Assembly: GCA_030697525.1 (NCBI GenBank) | Contig: JAUYPW010000026.1 | Coordinates: forward strand, 1 to 42,883 | DNA from: a bacterium | Lineage (GTDB): Bacteria; Patescibacteriota; Minisyncoccia; Sungbacterales; HO2-52-23 | Direction of reading: 5' to 3' | Length of the DNA: 42,883 bases | Shown here: positions 1 to 9,263 of the stretch, piece by piece | Numbering within the stretch: position 1 is the stretch's first letter | How the letters are laid out: each line of letters starts with the position of its first letter | Notes under the pieces: generated by a model | Seen by the model: the letters and a program-made list of their open reading frames with translations, nothing else | Databases searched by the model: none | What the model was told of the DNA's origin: nothing | Made by a program: the position numbers and the translations under genes

Positions 1-99
1 ACTGGACTAGTTTTTTCCCTTGACCTTTAAGTTCTTTGACCAGAGAAACAAACTCATCTTTATTTTTAATTTTTGTTTTTACTTGAAACATGGTAAAAA

Positions 100-1440
100 T
101 TACGAACCGATTTTTTCCAAAAATCTTCCCCAATTAAGATACAGATCCAGAATGGTATTGGTTATTAAAACTAAAGATACACCTAAAAATATTTTATTCC
201 ACAATTTTGTTCTTTCTTTTAATAGACCATATACTGCAAAACCGGCAAATAGGGCGAGCAAGGGATAAACTCCATATCTATATCTTGTCTCTACCACACT
301 AAGAATATAGGGCAGCATGGTCAAAGCCGTTATTCCTGCCAGAACAACTATCTTCAAGTCGCGCTTTCGGGACAGGGCATAGACTAAACCAGTTAACCCC
401 AAAACAAAAGTTATGACCGAAAATATACCGGAACTTATATGGGTTAGGATTCTGGTTGGGTAATCAAGATATGGCCAGAAGCCAGTGGGACGAATAAAAC
501 TCCAGAAGATAGATAGTCTTTTGAAATGTAGCAGTAAGTATTCTCCCGGATATTTTTTTATAAAGCTTATGTATTGTCCCTTCGCATAATTATCTAGCGC
601 AAAAACCCCTTTTTCTAATTCCAACTCTTTTGCATCGGTTAATTTTTCAATTTCGTTCTCTCCGCTGGCGCCGTGGTGATTGCCGACATAAAGGGTATAG
701 AAGCCATATATACGGGAGGGGATAAAAGCTCCGAAGGTCTGATAATTACGGATAATCCACGGTGTGAGCACTACTAATACTATAACGAGAGACAGAGCTA
801 GGTGTTTCCACCTTTTCTGGGATATAAAATATCCGAGAAAAGCCAAATAGGCAAAACTAACAGCGGACCTGGCCAGATAGGCTAGTCCAAAACTTATACT
901 GAAAAATATTAACCAAGAAATATTTTTTTTCTGGTGGTAGCGAAGAAACAAAAAGACTGATAAAACCAGCAAAAAAAGAAAACTGATTTCGGTCATTAGC
1001 ATAGAGGTGCTTTCAATCAAGTCGGGGTACCAGCCATAAATAATAGCTGCGCCAGCGGCGGGAATACGACTTTTAATTTTATCAAAAAGCGTCTGCGTGA
1101 TCCGGTAAATTAGAAATACGGTAGCGGCGTGCAAAAGCGCCTGAATAATCCAGATCAGATAAATATGCACACCAAAAACTTTATAAACTCCCGCGATCCA
1201 AAACTCAAGCAGGGGACCGCTTCGGCCAATGGCCCGGTCAAATTCTTTGTTGGGTGGAATTTGTTCCCAGTAGCCATTTCCCTCGGCGAGATTTATGGCG
1301 ATGCGTTGGTGGGCTTTGGCATCAACATTGAGAGGAGAACGGATGGTAAGACTGTAAACCAAAGACAAAATAAGAGACGATAAAGCAATGAGGTGCGGCA
1401 AGTATTTATAAAAATTTTCCTTTTTAGACGACATAAACAT
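100..1440 (-). CDS. Polytopic membrane glycosyltransferase, GT39/GT83 (ArnT/PMT, COG1807-like) family
   Basis: 446 aa with 10+ predicted TM helices. The N-terminal region resembles ArnT/PMT-family dolichyl/undecaprenyl-phosphate sugar transferases. It lies in a glycan gene cluster. Confidence 0.55.
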   Translation of the reverse strand: MFMSSKKENFYKYLPHLIALSSLILSLVYSLTIRSPLNVDAKAHQRIAINLAEGNGYWEQIPPNKEFDRAIGRSGPLLEFWIAGVYKVFGVHIYLIWIIQALLHAATVFLIYRITQTLFDKIKSRIPAAGAAIIYGWYPDLIESTSMLMTEISFLFLLVLSVFLFLRYHQKKNISWLIFFSISFGLAYLARSAVSFAYLAFLGYFISQKRWKHLALSLVIVLVVLTPWIIRNYQTFGAFIPSRIYGFYTLYVGNHHGASGENEIEKLTDAKELELEKGVFALDNYAKGQYISFIKKYPGEYLLLHFKRLSIFWSFIRPTGFWPYLDYPTRILTHISSGIFSVITFVLGLTGLVYALSRKRDLKIVVLAGITALTMLPYILSVVETRYRYGVYPLLALFAGFAVYGLLKERTKLWNKIFLGVSLVLITNTILDLYLNWGRFLEKIGS

Positions 1441-1492
1441 TTACCATGATAATAAATAAAATACCCCACAGCAAGGTGCGGGGCGAAATATT

Positions 1493-2053
1493 TTACATAA
1501 TCAACTTTAGCGCCTGTTTTCCTAAATCTCTTTTTTCTGGCGTGGCATTTAGAAAATCAGCCAGCAGGAGAGCATCAAAAAAAGCCAGATTCTCTCCAAC
1601 CAGATCATCGGGTTTCTTCCAGCAAACACCTGCGGTTTCTGAACTGTCTTTCAATTCTCCCGAAACTGGTCTACCGGCAAAAACAAAACTTATAACCGGG
1701 CGTATGTGGCCTGGGTATTTTGTAGCTTTTGCGTAATATCTGCCATTCTCACTGAAGAAGGTATAGTGAAGACATTCCGGGCCGTAGATGCCAAGCAGGA
1801 ACTCAATTTTAACAAGCAGGCCCGTCTCTTCCTTCACTTCTCTTATGGCTGTGGCAACCGCATTGCTGTCGCTTGGCTCAACATATCCTCCGAAACAAGC
1901 AGATGTATAATTGTCCCAAGGCTCACCATGACGTTTGCAGGTTAAAATACCTTTTTCGCTGTGAACTATCACGCCCCCACCCACATATGCGGCGGGAAAC
2001 GGCAGAGGAGGAAAGTTGCCAAAATTCATATCAGGCTCCTTTGAAAAGATCAT
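1493..2053 (-). CDS. NUDIX hydrolase
   Basis: A Nudix box (GGYVEPSDSNAVATAIREVKEETGL) matches GX5EX7REUXEEXGU. Confidence 0.75.
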   Translation of the reverse strand: MIFSKEPDMNFGNFPPLPFPAAYVGGGVIVHSEKGILTCKRHGEPWDNYTSACFGGYVEPSDSNAVATAIREVKEETGLLVKIEFLLGIYGPECLHYTFFSENGRYYAKATKYPGHIRPVISFVFAGRPVSGELKDSSETAGVCWKKPDDLVGENLAFFDALLLADFLNATPEKRDLGKQALKLIM

Positions 2054-2211
2054 TGTTGTTGTAACTTGATTATTAAAAATAGTAGCACAAACAACTTATA
2101 GAGTCAATATTTTTCTATTTCAGTTACCATGCTAGAGTACTTTGGAGTTTCAATCATTGATAGCTGTTTAAAATAAAAAATAAAGAATCTTATCGAAGGG
2201 AGTGATAAAAA

Positions 2212-3288
2212 ATGCTAAAGCATACGAGGATTTCAGACCGTAAAAATTCCGTAGCTGGCAACCACGCTAAAACTTACCTAGACCAGCTGAAGGCCAAATT
2301 CAATTCGGCTAAGGTCATAAAAACTCTGCAGACTCTGCGTGGCCTGCGAGTGTTGGTCGTGGGCGATGCGGTGATTGACGAGTACACTTTCTGCCGGCGT
2401 CTTGGCATGGCTACCAAAGACCCGATTGTAAACTGCCAGTTTGTGTCCACCGATGTGTTTGCTGGTGGCGTTTGCGCTATTGCTAACCATGTGGCGGGGT
2501 TTACCGGAGTAGTGAGAATGATAACTGTGGTGGGGAATGACGGCAGATTCAAAAGAGTGCAACATCTGCTTGATTCGGCGATTGACTGCCGTCTGGTGGT
2601 GAAGGGTACTTCAACCACAGTCAAACAGCGCTTCATTGAACTGGACACCTCAACCAAAATGTTTGAGTTGACTCATATGGACGATTCGCCCATAAGCGGT
2701 GTAACCGAGAAAAAACTGCTGGCGGTTTTGGCAAAAGATATTGCATGGGCAGATATGGTGCTTTTGGCGGATTTCGGCCACGGGATGATTACCCCGTCTG
2801 TAATTAATTTTTTATCAAAAAGTGGAAAGTTTCTGGCGGTGAATGCGCAAACCAATTCTGCCAATACGCCGTATAATCCGGTCACCAAACACAAAAGTAT
2901 GCATTATCTTTCTCTGGACGAGAAAGAACTTCGTCTAGCCTTTCATTCGCGATATGACCCTCCAGAAGAACTGCTTCCAAGGCTCGCATCAGCCACTGGG
3001 TGCAAGGCCATAAATTTGACGCTGGGGTCAAACGGCGCCATCTATTGGCACGAAGGAAAACCGATGTCTGTGCCGGCTTTTATGCCTTCCAGTGTTCTGG
3101 ATAGCACTGGGGCGGGAGACGCGGTGCTTTCCGTGACCTCGCTTCTAGCTTACAAAGGTGTTTCGCCAGAACTTTTGCCATTTGTTGGTAACTGTGTCGG
3201 CGCGCTGGCCGTGGGTATCCTCGGCAACAAAGAGCCGGTTCGCCCGCAAGCTCTTTATGATTTCATAACCGACCTCTTGAGCAAGTAA
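2212..3288 (+). CDS. PfkB-family sugar kinase, RfaE/HldE domain-I-like (heptose-7-phosphate kinase-like)
   Basis: N-terminal RVLVVGDAVIDEY and C-terminal DSTGAGDAVLS (the PfkB GAGD anion-hole motif). AAGGGAG RBS upstream. A terminator hairpin with the stop codon in its loop follows. Confidence 0.7.
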   Translation: MLKHTRISDRKNSVAGNHAKTYLDQLKAKFNSAKVIKTLQTLRGLRVLVVGDAVIDEYTFCRRLGMATKDPIVNCQFVSTDVFAGGVCAIANHVAGFTGVVRMITVVGNDGRFKRVQHLLDSAIDCRLVVKGTSTTVKQRFIELDTSTKMFELTHMDDSPISGVTEKKLLAVLAKDIAWADMVLLADFGHGMITPSVINFLSKSGKFLAVNAQTNSANTPYNPVTKHKSMHYLSLDEKELRLAFHSRYDPPEELLPRLASATGCKAINLTLGSNGAIYWHEGKPMSVPAFMPSSVLDSTGAGDAVLSVTSLLAYKGVSPELLPFVGNCVGALAVGILGNKEPVRPQALYDFITDLLSK

Positions 3289-3309
3289 TTGCTTGAGAGG
3301 TTTTTTATT
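3273..3309 (+). terminator. Rho-independent terminator of the PfkB kinase gene
   Basis: cctcttgagcaag-taa-ttgcttgagagg forms a perfect 12-bp stem, followed by TTTTTTATT. Confidence 0.7.
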
Positions 3310-3407
3310 GGTTAACAAGCCACATACGATCGTAGAAAATTTGTTAACCAAGCCTCTAAAAAACAACAGATGTACAGTACTAAGTACTGTACATAATGAT
3401 TTTCTTC

Positions 3408-3438
3408 AAAAAATAAAAACCGCTCCGATAGGTATCGG
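3408..3438 (-). terminator. Terminator of the minus-strand membrane-protein gene (convergent with the PfkB terminator)
   Basis: On the minus strand, hairpin ccgatacctatcgg is followed by agcggTTTTTATTTTTT. Confidence 0.5.
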
Positions 3439-3450
3439 GGTAATTTTTTA

Positions 3451-3822
3451 TTAAATAAACAAATATATAAATACTAAAGCACCAGCCAAACCCAAAAAAA
3501 CATCCAAAACGGTATCTCCCCGTCCGGGCATAATATTCTTTTGCCCGGAAACTTTTTTAATATATTTGGCCAGTCTCGGAATTTTGGCTACCAAACGTTC
3601 CGCCGCTTCCCATAGAAATATTACCGAACCGACACCCGCCAGAATCATGACAGGGGATTGGAAAAAATTAGAAAAAAACATGGCTACAAAAAATCCTCCC
3701 AAGAAATGAAGCGTTTCAAAAAACCAATAGTGCTTATACCCAAATTTATAATACATACCAAAAACCACATTCAGAATGAAAATGGCAAGGAGAGCAACTA
3801 AGGAGGTGATTAGCATATACAC
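3451..3822 (-). CDS. Hypothetical small integral membrane protein (4 TM)
   Basis: 123-aa hydrophobic ORF. No recognisable motif. Confidence 0.4.
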   Translation of the reverse strand: MYMLITSLVALLAIFILNVVFGMYYKFGYKHYWFFETLHFLGGFFVAMFFSNFFQSPVMILAGVGSVIFLWEAAERLVAKIPRLAKYIKKVSGQKNIMPGRGDTVLDVFLGLAGALVFIYLFI

Positions 3823-3906
3823 AAAGTATAACAGAAATTAAAAAACGGGCGACAACCCCGTTTTTGTTAAGGCCCTCCACACAATAAGTCACGTGTGGAG
3901 TCAACC

Positions 3907-3935
3907 TTGACAGATTTATGGCATAGGTTTATGAT
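3907..3935 (+). promoter_or_regulatory. Sigma70-like promoter (TTGACA-17-TATGAT)
   Basis: Near-consensus -35 and -10 hexamers with 17-nt spacing, about 110 nt upstream of ORF 4047. Confidence 0.5.
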
Positions 3936-4046
3936 GTAGGTAGATAGGATTTACCTATCAAATGAGGTTTAAGGGTCTTTTACATCCGTAGTACCAACCG
4001 CAGGAAATATTGGAGGTTTAAACACCTTCAATAAGAAAGGAGAATC

Positions 4047-4328
4047 ATGAGTACGAGTAGGAAGCTCTACATTGCTGGGTCGGTTGTCTTGGTTCTTGGT
4101 TTTGCTCCTTTATTGTTCGTAAGTAGTCCTAAGACTAATCAGACGTATGCGAATACACAAGACTTTACTGATATTAAGAAAATTATCACAGGCAACAGAC
4201 AAATAGATGTACACATCATGGAGATTGATGGATGCCAGTATATCGTATGTCTTAGTGGTGCCATGGCTGTTGTTCACAAGGCGAATTGCAAAAATCCGAT
4301 TCATGCCAATAATAAACAAGTACCTTGA
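4047..4328 (+). CDS. Hypothetical small exported/membrane-anchored protein
   Basis: 93 aa. N-terminal TM/signal-like segment. Strong RBS AAGGAGAATC-ATG. Promoter upstream and hairpin terminator downstream. Confidence 0.45.
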   Translation: MSTSRKLYIAGSVVLVLGFAPLLFVSSPKTNQTYANTQDFTDIKKIITGNRQIDVHIMEIDGCQYIVCLSGAMAVVHKANCKNPIHANNKQVP

Positions 4329-4425
4329 AAGCAAGTAAATAGTGGTCTTTTTAGAACCAAACTAATCTGTTATACTGTTATAAGTCTAGGCGTAAGCTTA
4401 GACTTATTTATTTACCACTCAAACA

Positions 4426-5139
4426 ATGGGAAAAAACCTCTCAGTCATTATCCCAACCTATAATGAAGCTAAAAATATAGAGCCGACTGCGCGGGCTGTG
4501 TTAAGATCGCTCGCGCTGGCTGATATTTCGGATTATGAACTTTTGATTTTGGATAGCGGAAGCACGGATGGAACCATCGAGATTATAAGAAAACTGAAGA
4601 GCCAAAATCCGAACATACAAGTAACAGTTTTTTCTAGCGGCTATGATCTTGGGAAAAAATATGTTGAAGGGGTGAAGATGGCTACCAAACAATATATCGC
4701 CTACGTTCCGGGAGATGACGAGACAGACCATGAATCAATCACCAAAAATTTTCAGGCCGTGGAAAGTGCCGACATTATTCTCACATATACAATAAACCCG
4801 ATAGTGCGTTCTTTGAGGCGCCGGATAATATCCAAATTATATACTTTTATTCTTAATACTCTTTTCGGAATGAAGATTAAATACTATAACGGTACATGCA
4901 TTTTTCCCACAGACGCGGTAAAAAAACTTACTCTAGTCTCTACCAATTTCTCTTACATGTCCGAAATTGTTTTGCGTCTTGTGAATTCTGGTTATCACTA
5001 TCGTGAACTGGATAACAAAATAAGAGACAAAGGGAATGCGCCCTCGCATGCCCTGGGACTTAACGGATTTATTGATGCCGGGAAAACTATCACCAAACTT
5101 TTTTGGGAACTGCGGGTTAAAAAATTTTTCAGCAAATAA
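4426..5139 (+). CDS. Family 2 glycosyltransferase (Dpm1/ArnC-like)
   Basis: LSVIIPTYNE and LILDSGSTDGT motifs of the GT2 (GT-A) fold. Confidence 0.75.
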   Translation: MGKNLSVIIPTYNEAKNIEPTARAVLRSLALADISDYELLILDSGSTDGTIEIIRKLKSQNPNIQVTVFSSGYDLGKKYVEGVKMATKQYIAYVPGDDETDHESITKNFQAVESADIILTYTINPIVRSLRRRIISKLYTFILNTLFGMKIKYYNGTCIFPTDAVKKLTLVSTNFSYMSEIVLRLVNSGYHYRELDNKIRDKGNAPSHALGLNGFIDAGKTITKLFWELRVKKFFSK

Positions 5140-5180
5140 CTTAATTTGCTTTTTCTCGTTTTGTATATATAATCTGCCTT

Positions 5181-7427
5181 ATGCCTCAAAGACATGATGA
5201 TCTGGAAAAAGTTCTACTTTGGATTGTCAGGGTGGGACTATGCCTAATCCCATTCCTCCCGTTTTATGTAGAATCTTCCATGCTCTTCCCTTTTATAACC
5301 GGGAAGAATTTTGCTTTTAGGATAATAATAGAATTTATATTTATTGCATGGGTCGGACTTATTTTAATAAGTCCCGCTTATCGGCCACGGCTTACCACCC
5401 TTTTTAAAGCAGTTACAATTTTTGTTGGTATTGTTTTTCTGGCAGACCTTTTGGGTCCTAATCCGTACCGTTCTTTCTTTTCCAACTATGAACGAATGGA
5501 AGGTTTTATGATGATTTTTCATCTGTACTTGTATTTCTTGATGTTGGTCAGTGTTTTTCGGAAAAAGCGCGACTGGCTGGTATTTTTCAATATTGTTCTT
5601 TTTGCTGGCCTCGCTGTCTCATATATCGCTTTACTACAAAGACTGGGTCTTCGCGTATCTATTCAGGGAGGATTTAGAGTGGACTCCACAATCGGTAACC
5701 CAGCTTATTTGGCGGCCTATTTACTATTTCATGTGTGGCTTTTATTTATATTGTTACAGCAGTTTTGGAAAAAGATTTGGTTGCGGACTATTTATGGGCT
5801 GCTTTTAATTTTTCAACTGGCGATTATTTATTTCACGGCCACTAGAGGTGTTACGCTAGCCCTTTTAGTTTCCTTTGTAGCGCTTACTGCTGTTCTCGCT
5901 TTTTTCTGGAAGAAATTTTTTGGGTCCGAGGCCTTGTACGGCCGAAAAATAGCCATATCAGTTCTTACTATATTGATTGTAAGCTCGGCTATTCTATGGC
6001 AACTGCGGAATTTACAGTCCATCCAATCAAGTCCTGGCTTGGGTCGTCTAACCAGTTATTCCCTAAGCGAGCGCACAATTCAATCTCGGTTTACTATTTG
6101 GGGCATGGCGTTCAAGGGTGCTTTGGAGAGGCCGATATTGGGATGGGGGCAGGAAAATTTTTATCTGGTGTTTCAGAAATATTTTGATCCTAAACTATAT
6201 GCCAGCGAACCGTGGTTTGACCGATCGCATAATGTTTTTTTTGACTGGCTTATCCACACCGGCTTTTTGGGGCTGGCGGGCTACCTTTCTATTTTTGGGA
6301 TAGTGTTTTGGTGGCTGTGGTTGGCATTCAAGAAACGAACAGTCGCTCCGTGGCAGACGCTCATGCTGGGGGGATTATTTGTTTCCTATTTTCTGCAGAA
6401 TTTATTCGTGTTTGATAACTTGAATACATATATTCTATTTTTTGCGTTTCTCGCTTATATGCAATTTATCGCCAAAGATTTAAAAAGCGAGGAGGTTGCT
6501 GTCTTGCCTGCTCATTCAAATGTTCGTTCGGAACAAGCATATGCGGTTATGTCGGGGCTTTTGGTTTTACTACTCATAGTAGGATATTTTATACATATTA
6601 AACCCATTAAAGAGGCCAAGGCTCTAATTCAGGCGATGAAGACAGTTAATACTACGCAGTCTATTTCTGACTGGATTGCCAGTTATAAAAAGGCCTTAAG
6701 TTACGGAACGTTCGGAGGTGATGAGGTTCGCCAGCAAGTAGCCAATACAGCCAGAAGTGTTATAGATCATCCTAAATTTACACCAGAGGAGAAAAAACAA
6801 TTTATAGAATTTGCGCTTGAGGAATTGAGAGAAGACGTTGAAAATCCCGCAAAAGACGTAAAACATGTTCTGTTTTTCGGGGCAATTCTGGAAAAAGCGA
6901 TGCGCCTAAATCCTCCTTACGCGGTTGAAGCAGAAAAAGTCTTACAGGAAGCTATACGGCTAAGCCCCAAAAAACAAGTGATTTATTTTGAACTTGCCCA
7001 GCTGTATTTATCCACCGGTCATCTGGACAGAGCAGCCGAGGTTATGAGAACCGCGTGGCATCTGGATCTAAGCTTTAAGGAAGCCGCCGGAAATCTCTGG
7101 CTTACGGGAATCTTTGCCAAAAAACCAGAAATTATTGCTGAAGTTAAAGCTGTGTATGATCTGGATTCTTTTGGTGAAGAAGTATTATCTCGTCTAGCTT
7201 CGGCTTATCAGCAAGTTCAGGATTATTCATCTGCGCTTCCTGTTTATGAACGATTGGTAAAAATTGCTCCCAAAAATCCAAAATATCTCGCGGTTTACGC
7301 CGCCCTTCTAGCTAATTTTAACAGGAACAAAGAAGCTAAAATATATGCCGAGCAGGCAGCGGCTCTGGATCCCGCTTTTGCCGTGGAGGCAAAAGAATTT
7401 TTGAAGATGCTGAAACAGGGCAAATAG
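5181..7427 (+). CDS. O-antigen ligase-like (Wzy_C) polytopic membrane protein with C-terminal TPR repeats
   Basis: About 12 TM helices with an IGNPAYLAAYL-type Wzy_C core. The C-terminal ~280 aa are soluble TPR-like repeats. Confidence 0.65.
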   Translation: MPQRHDDLEKVLLWIVRVGLCLIPFLPFYVESSMLFPFITGKNFAFRIIIEFIFIAWVGLILISPAYRPRLTTLFKAVTIFVGIVFLADLLGPNPYRSFFSNYERMEGFMMIFHLYLYFLMLVSVFRKKRDWLVFFNIVLFAGLAVSYIALLQRLGLRVSIQGGFRVDSTIGNPAYLAAYLLFHVWLLFILLQQFWKKIWLRTIYGLLLIFQLAIIYFTATRGVTLALLVSFVALTAVLAFFWKKFFGSEALYGRKIAISVLTILIVSSAILWQLRNLQSIQSSPGLGRLTSYSLSERTIQSRFTIWGMAFKGALERPILGWGQENFYLVFQKYFDPKLYASEPWFDRSHNVFFDWLIHTGFLGLAGYLSIFGIVFWWLWLAFKKRTVAPWQTLMLGGLFVSYFLQNLFVFDNLNTYILFFAFLAYMQFIAKDLKSEEVAVLPAHSNVRSEQAYAVMSGLLVLLLIVGYFIHIKPIKEAKALIQAMKTVNTTQSISDWIASYKKALSYGTFGGDEVRQQVANTARSVIDHPKFTPEEKKQFIEFALEELREDVENPAKDVKHVLFFGAILEKAMRLNPPYAVEAEKVLQEAIRLSPKKQVIYFELAQLYLSTGHLDRAAEVMRTAWHLDLSFKEAAGNLWLTGIFAKKPEIIAEVKAVYDLDSFGEEVLSRLASAYQQVQDYSSALPVYERLVKIAPKNPKYLAVYAALLANFNRNKEAKIYAEQAAALDPAFAVEAKEFLKMLKQGK

Positions 7428-7449
7428 ATACGTTGTTATACTCTCTGTT

Positions 7450-8346
7450 ATGAAAGTGAGACCAAAAATAGGCATTGTGGGTGTGGGAATGGTAGGAACC
7501 CCACTCCAAAAATATTTTAGCGAATATAAAAAAAACAGGCGGGGGGTAGACCTTTTTCTTTATGATGCCAATCCCGCCAAGAAATATAACGATGACGTTA
7601 GTCAGGCTGACGTTATTTTCATTTCCGTACCTTCCCCCAGATTCGCCGATGGCTCTTGCGATATCTCCATTGTGGAATCAGCGGTAAAATCTATCAGAGG
7701 AAATAAGATAATTGTCATCAAATCAACCGTTCCCCCCGGCACTACCGAGTCATTGCAAAAAAAATATCCTAAACACAAGTTTTTATTTAATCCGGAGTTT
7801 TTGACGGAAAAAAACGCTTGGCAGGATTTTATAAAACCGGACAGACAAATTGTGGGATATGCAACTGGGAATCTCAAAGCCGCCAAAATCGTATTACCTC
7901 TTTTACCTCCCGCTTCTTTTTCATCTCCTTCTAAATCAATTCAAATTACAGCCAGCGAGGCTGAACTTATAAAATATGGAGCCAATGTATATCTTGCCCG
8001 AAAGATTAATTTTGCTAATGTTTTGACCAACGTCTCCGATGTACTAGGGCTAAAATATAAAAATGTACAAGCAGGTCTTTCCGCCGATCGACGCATTGGA
8101 GGATCTCATCTAGATGTATATCATGGCGGCTATCGGGGTTTTGGCGGGTTTTGTTTCCCCAAAGATCTAGATGCTTTTGTGGCCAGGCTGGATGAACTAG
8201 ATCTAAAAGACGAAGCAAATTTTCTACGCAAAGACAAAGAGTTTAATAAGAATTTATTGGCAAAACAGGGCCTGACTTTGGAGGATGTATCTGTGCATGA
8301 TCACGAGTGGATAAAGAAAAAAATAAAAACTAAAAAACAAAAATGA
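7450..8346 (+). CDS. UDP-glucose/GDP-mannose dehydrogenase-family protein, short form lacking the C-terminal UDP-binding domain
   Basis: Rossmann GIVGVGMVG, NPEFL motif and catalytic-Cys motif GGFCFPKD. Only 298 aa, against about 390-440 for canonical enzymes. Confidence 0.6.
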   Translation: MKVRPKIGIVGVGMVGTPLQKYFSEYKKNRRGVDLFLYDANPAKKYNDDVSQADVIFISVPSPRFADGSCDISIVESAVKSIRGNKIIVIKSTVPPGTTESLQKKYPKHKFLFNPEFLTEKNAWQDFIKPDRQIVGYATGNLKAAKIVLPLLPPASFSSPSKSIQITASEAELIKYGANVYLARKINFANVLTNVSDVLGLKYKNVQAGLSADRRIGGSHLDVYHGGYRGFGGFCFPKDLDAFVARLDELDLKDEANFLRKDKEFNKNLLAKQGLTLEDVSVHDHEWIKKKIKTKKQK

Positions 8347-9245
8347 AGGTCATTGTAACTGGAGGGGCGGGATTTATAGGTTCTCACTTGACCAGAGCCT
8401 TAGTTGAGAAGGGCTATGATGTGCACGTCATAGACAACCTCTCAAATGGCAAAAAAATAAATCTGGACCCCGAAGCTAAATTACATCAGATTGACTTGCG
8501 GGATTTCAGCAAACTGAAGCCCGTTTTTTCTAATGCGAAATTTGTTTTTCATCTGGCCGCTCTTCCTCGGGTACAGCCCTCCATACAAGATCCGCGCAAT
8601 ACCAACGATCATAATGTAAATGCCACTCTTAATGTTTTGCTTGCATCACGAGATGCGGGTGTAAAGAGGGTTGTGTATTCTGCTTCATCTTCGGCTTACG
8701 GCAACCAAAAAAAACTGCCTCTTCGGGAAAACATGGAGGCTAGGCCGCTTAGTCCATACGGACTACAAAAATATATCGGAGAACTATACTGCAAACTTTT
8801 TTCGGATATCTATGGTCTTGAGACAATCTCTCTGCGGTATTTCAATGTTTATGGCCCTGGGGCACCGACCGAGGGCGCTTATGCCATGATGATGGCAAGA
8901 TTTCTTATCCAAAGAAAAAACAGTGAACCGCTTACCATTGTGCCGGATGGGAAACAGTCGCGTGCTTTTACCCATGTTAGAGATGTTGTGAGAGCCAATA
9001 TTTTGGCTGCCAAATCTGCAAAAGTGGGTAGTGGAGAAGTCATAAATATTGCCGGAAAAAAGAATCACACAGTACTTGAAATAGCTGACATGATTGGCGG
9101 CCCTAAAGTTTTTATAGAACCGCGACTTGAACCAAAGCATTCTCTAGCTGATTTATCCAAAGCAAAAAAGCTCCTTGGATGGGAGCCTAAAATAAGTTTG
9201 GAAGAGGGGATTGCCGAGTTAAGAAAACTGCACGGCATATCTTAA
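8343..9245 (+). CDS. NAD-dependent nucleotide-sugar epimerase/dehydratase (UDP-sugar 4-epimerase-like, SDR)
   Basis: TGGAGFIGSH Rossmann motif, SASSSAYG and YxxxK (PYGLQKYIGE). Confidence 0.8.
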   Translation: MKVIVTGGAGFIGSHLTRALVEKGYDVHVIDNLSNGKKINLDPEAKLHQIDLRDFSKLKPVFSNAKFVFHLAALPRVQPSIQDPRNTNDHNVNATLNVLLASRDAGVKRVVYSASSSAYGNQKKLPLRENMEARPLSPYGLQKYIGELYCKLFSDIYGLETISLRYFNVYGPGAPTEGAYAMMMARFLIQRKNSEPLTIVPDGKQSRAFTHVRDVVRANILAAKSAKVGSGEVINIAGKKNHTVLEIADMIGGPKVFIEPRLEPKHSLADLSKAKKLLGWEPKISLEEGIAELRKLHGIS

Positions 9246-9263
9246 ATGTTTTTTCAATATTTT

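Noticed and set aside
20-268. 82-aa + strand ORF at the window start
   Set aside because: It lies entirely antisense within the 3' part of the 446-aa GT39-like gene (100-1440, minus strand). It has no RBS and a low-complexity composition.
2274-2657. Nested antisense ORFs inside the PfkB, secA, MVP, UXS and other genes (e.g. 2274-2657, 18119-18574, 22565-22912, 25640-25954)
   Set aside because: They lie fully inside strong same-locus genes on the opposite strand or in a shifted frame, with no independent signals.
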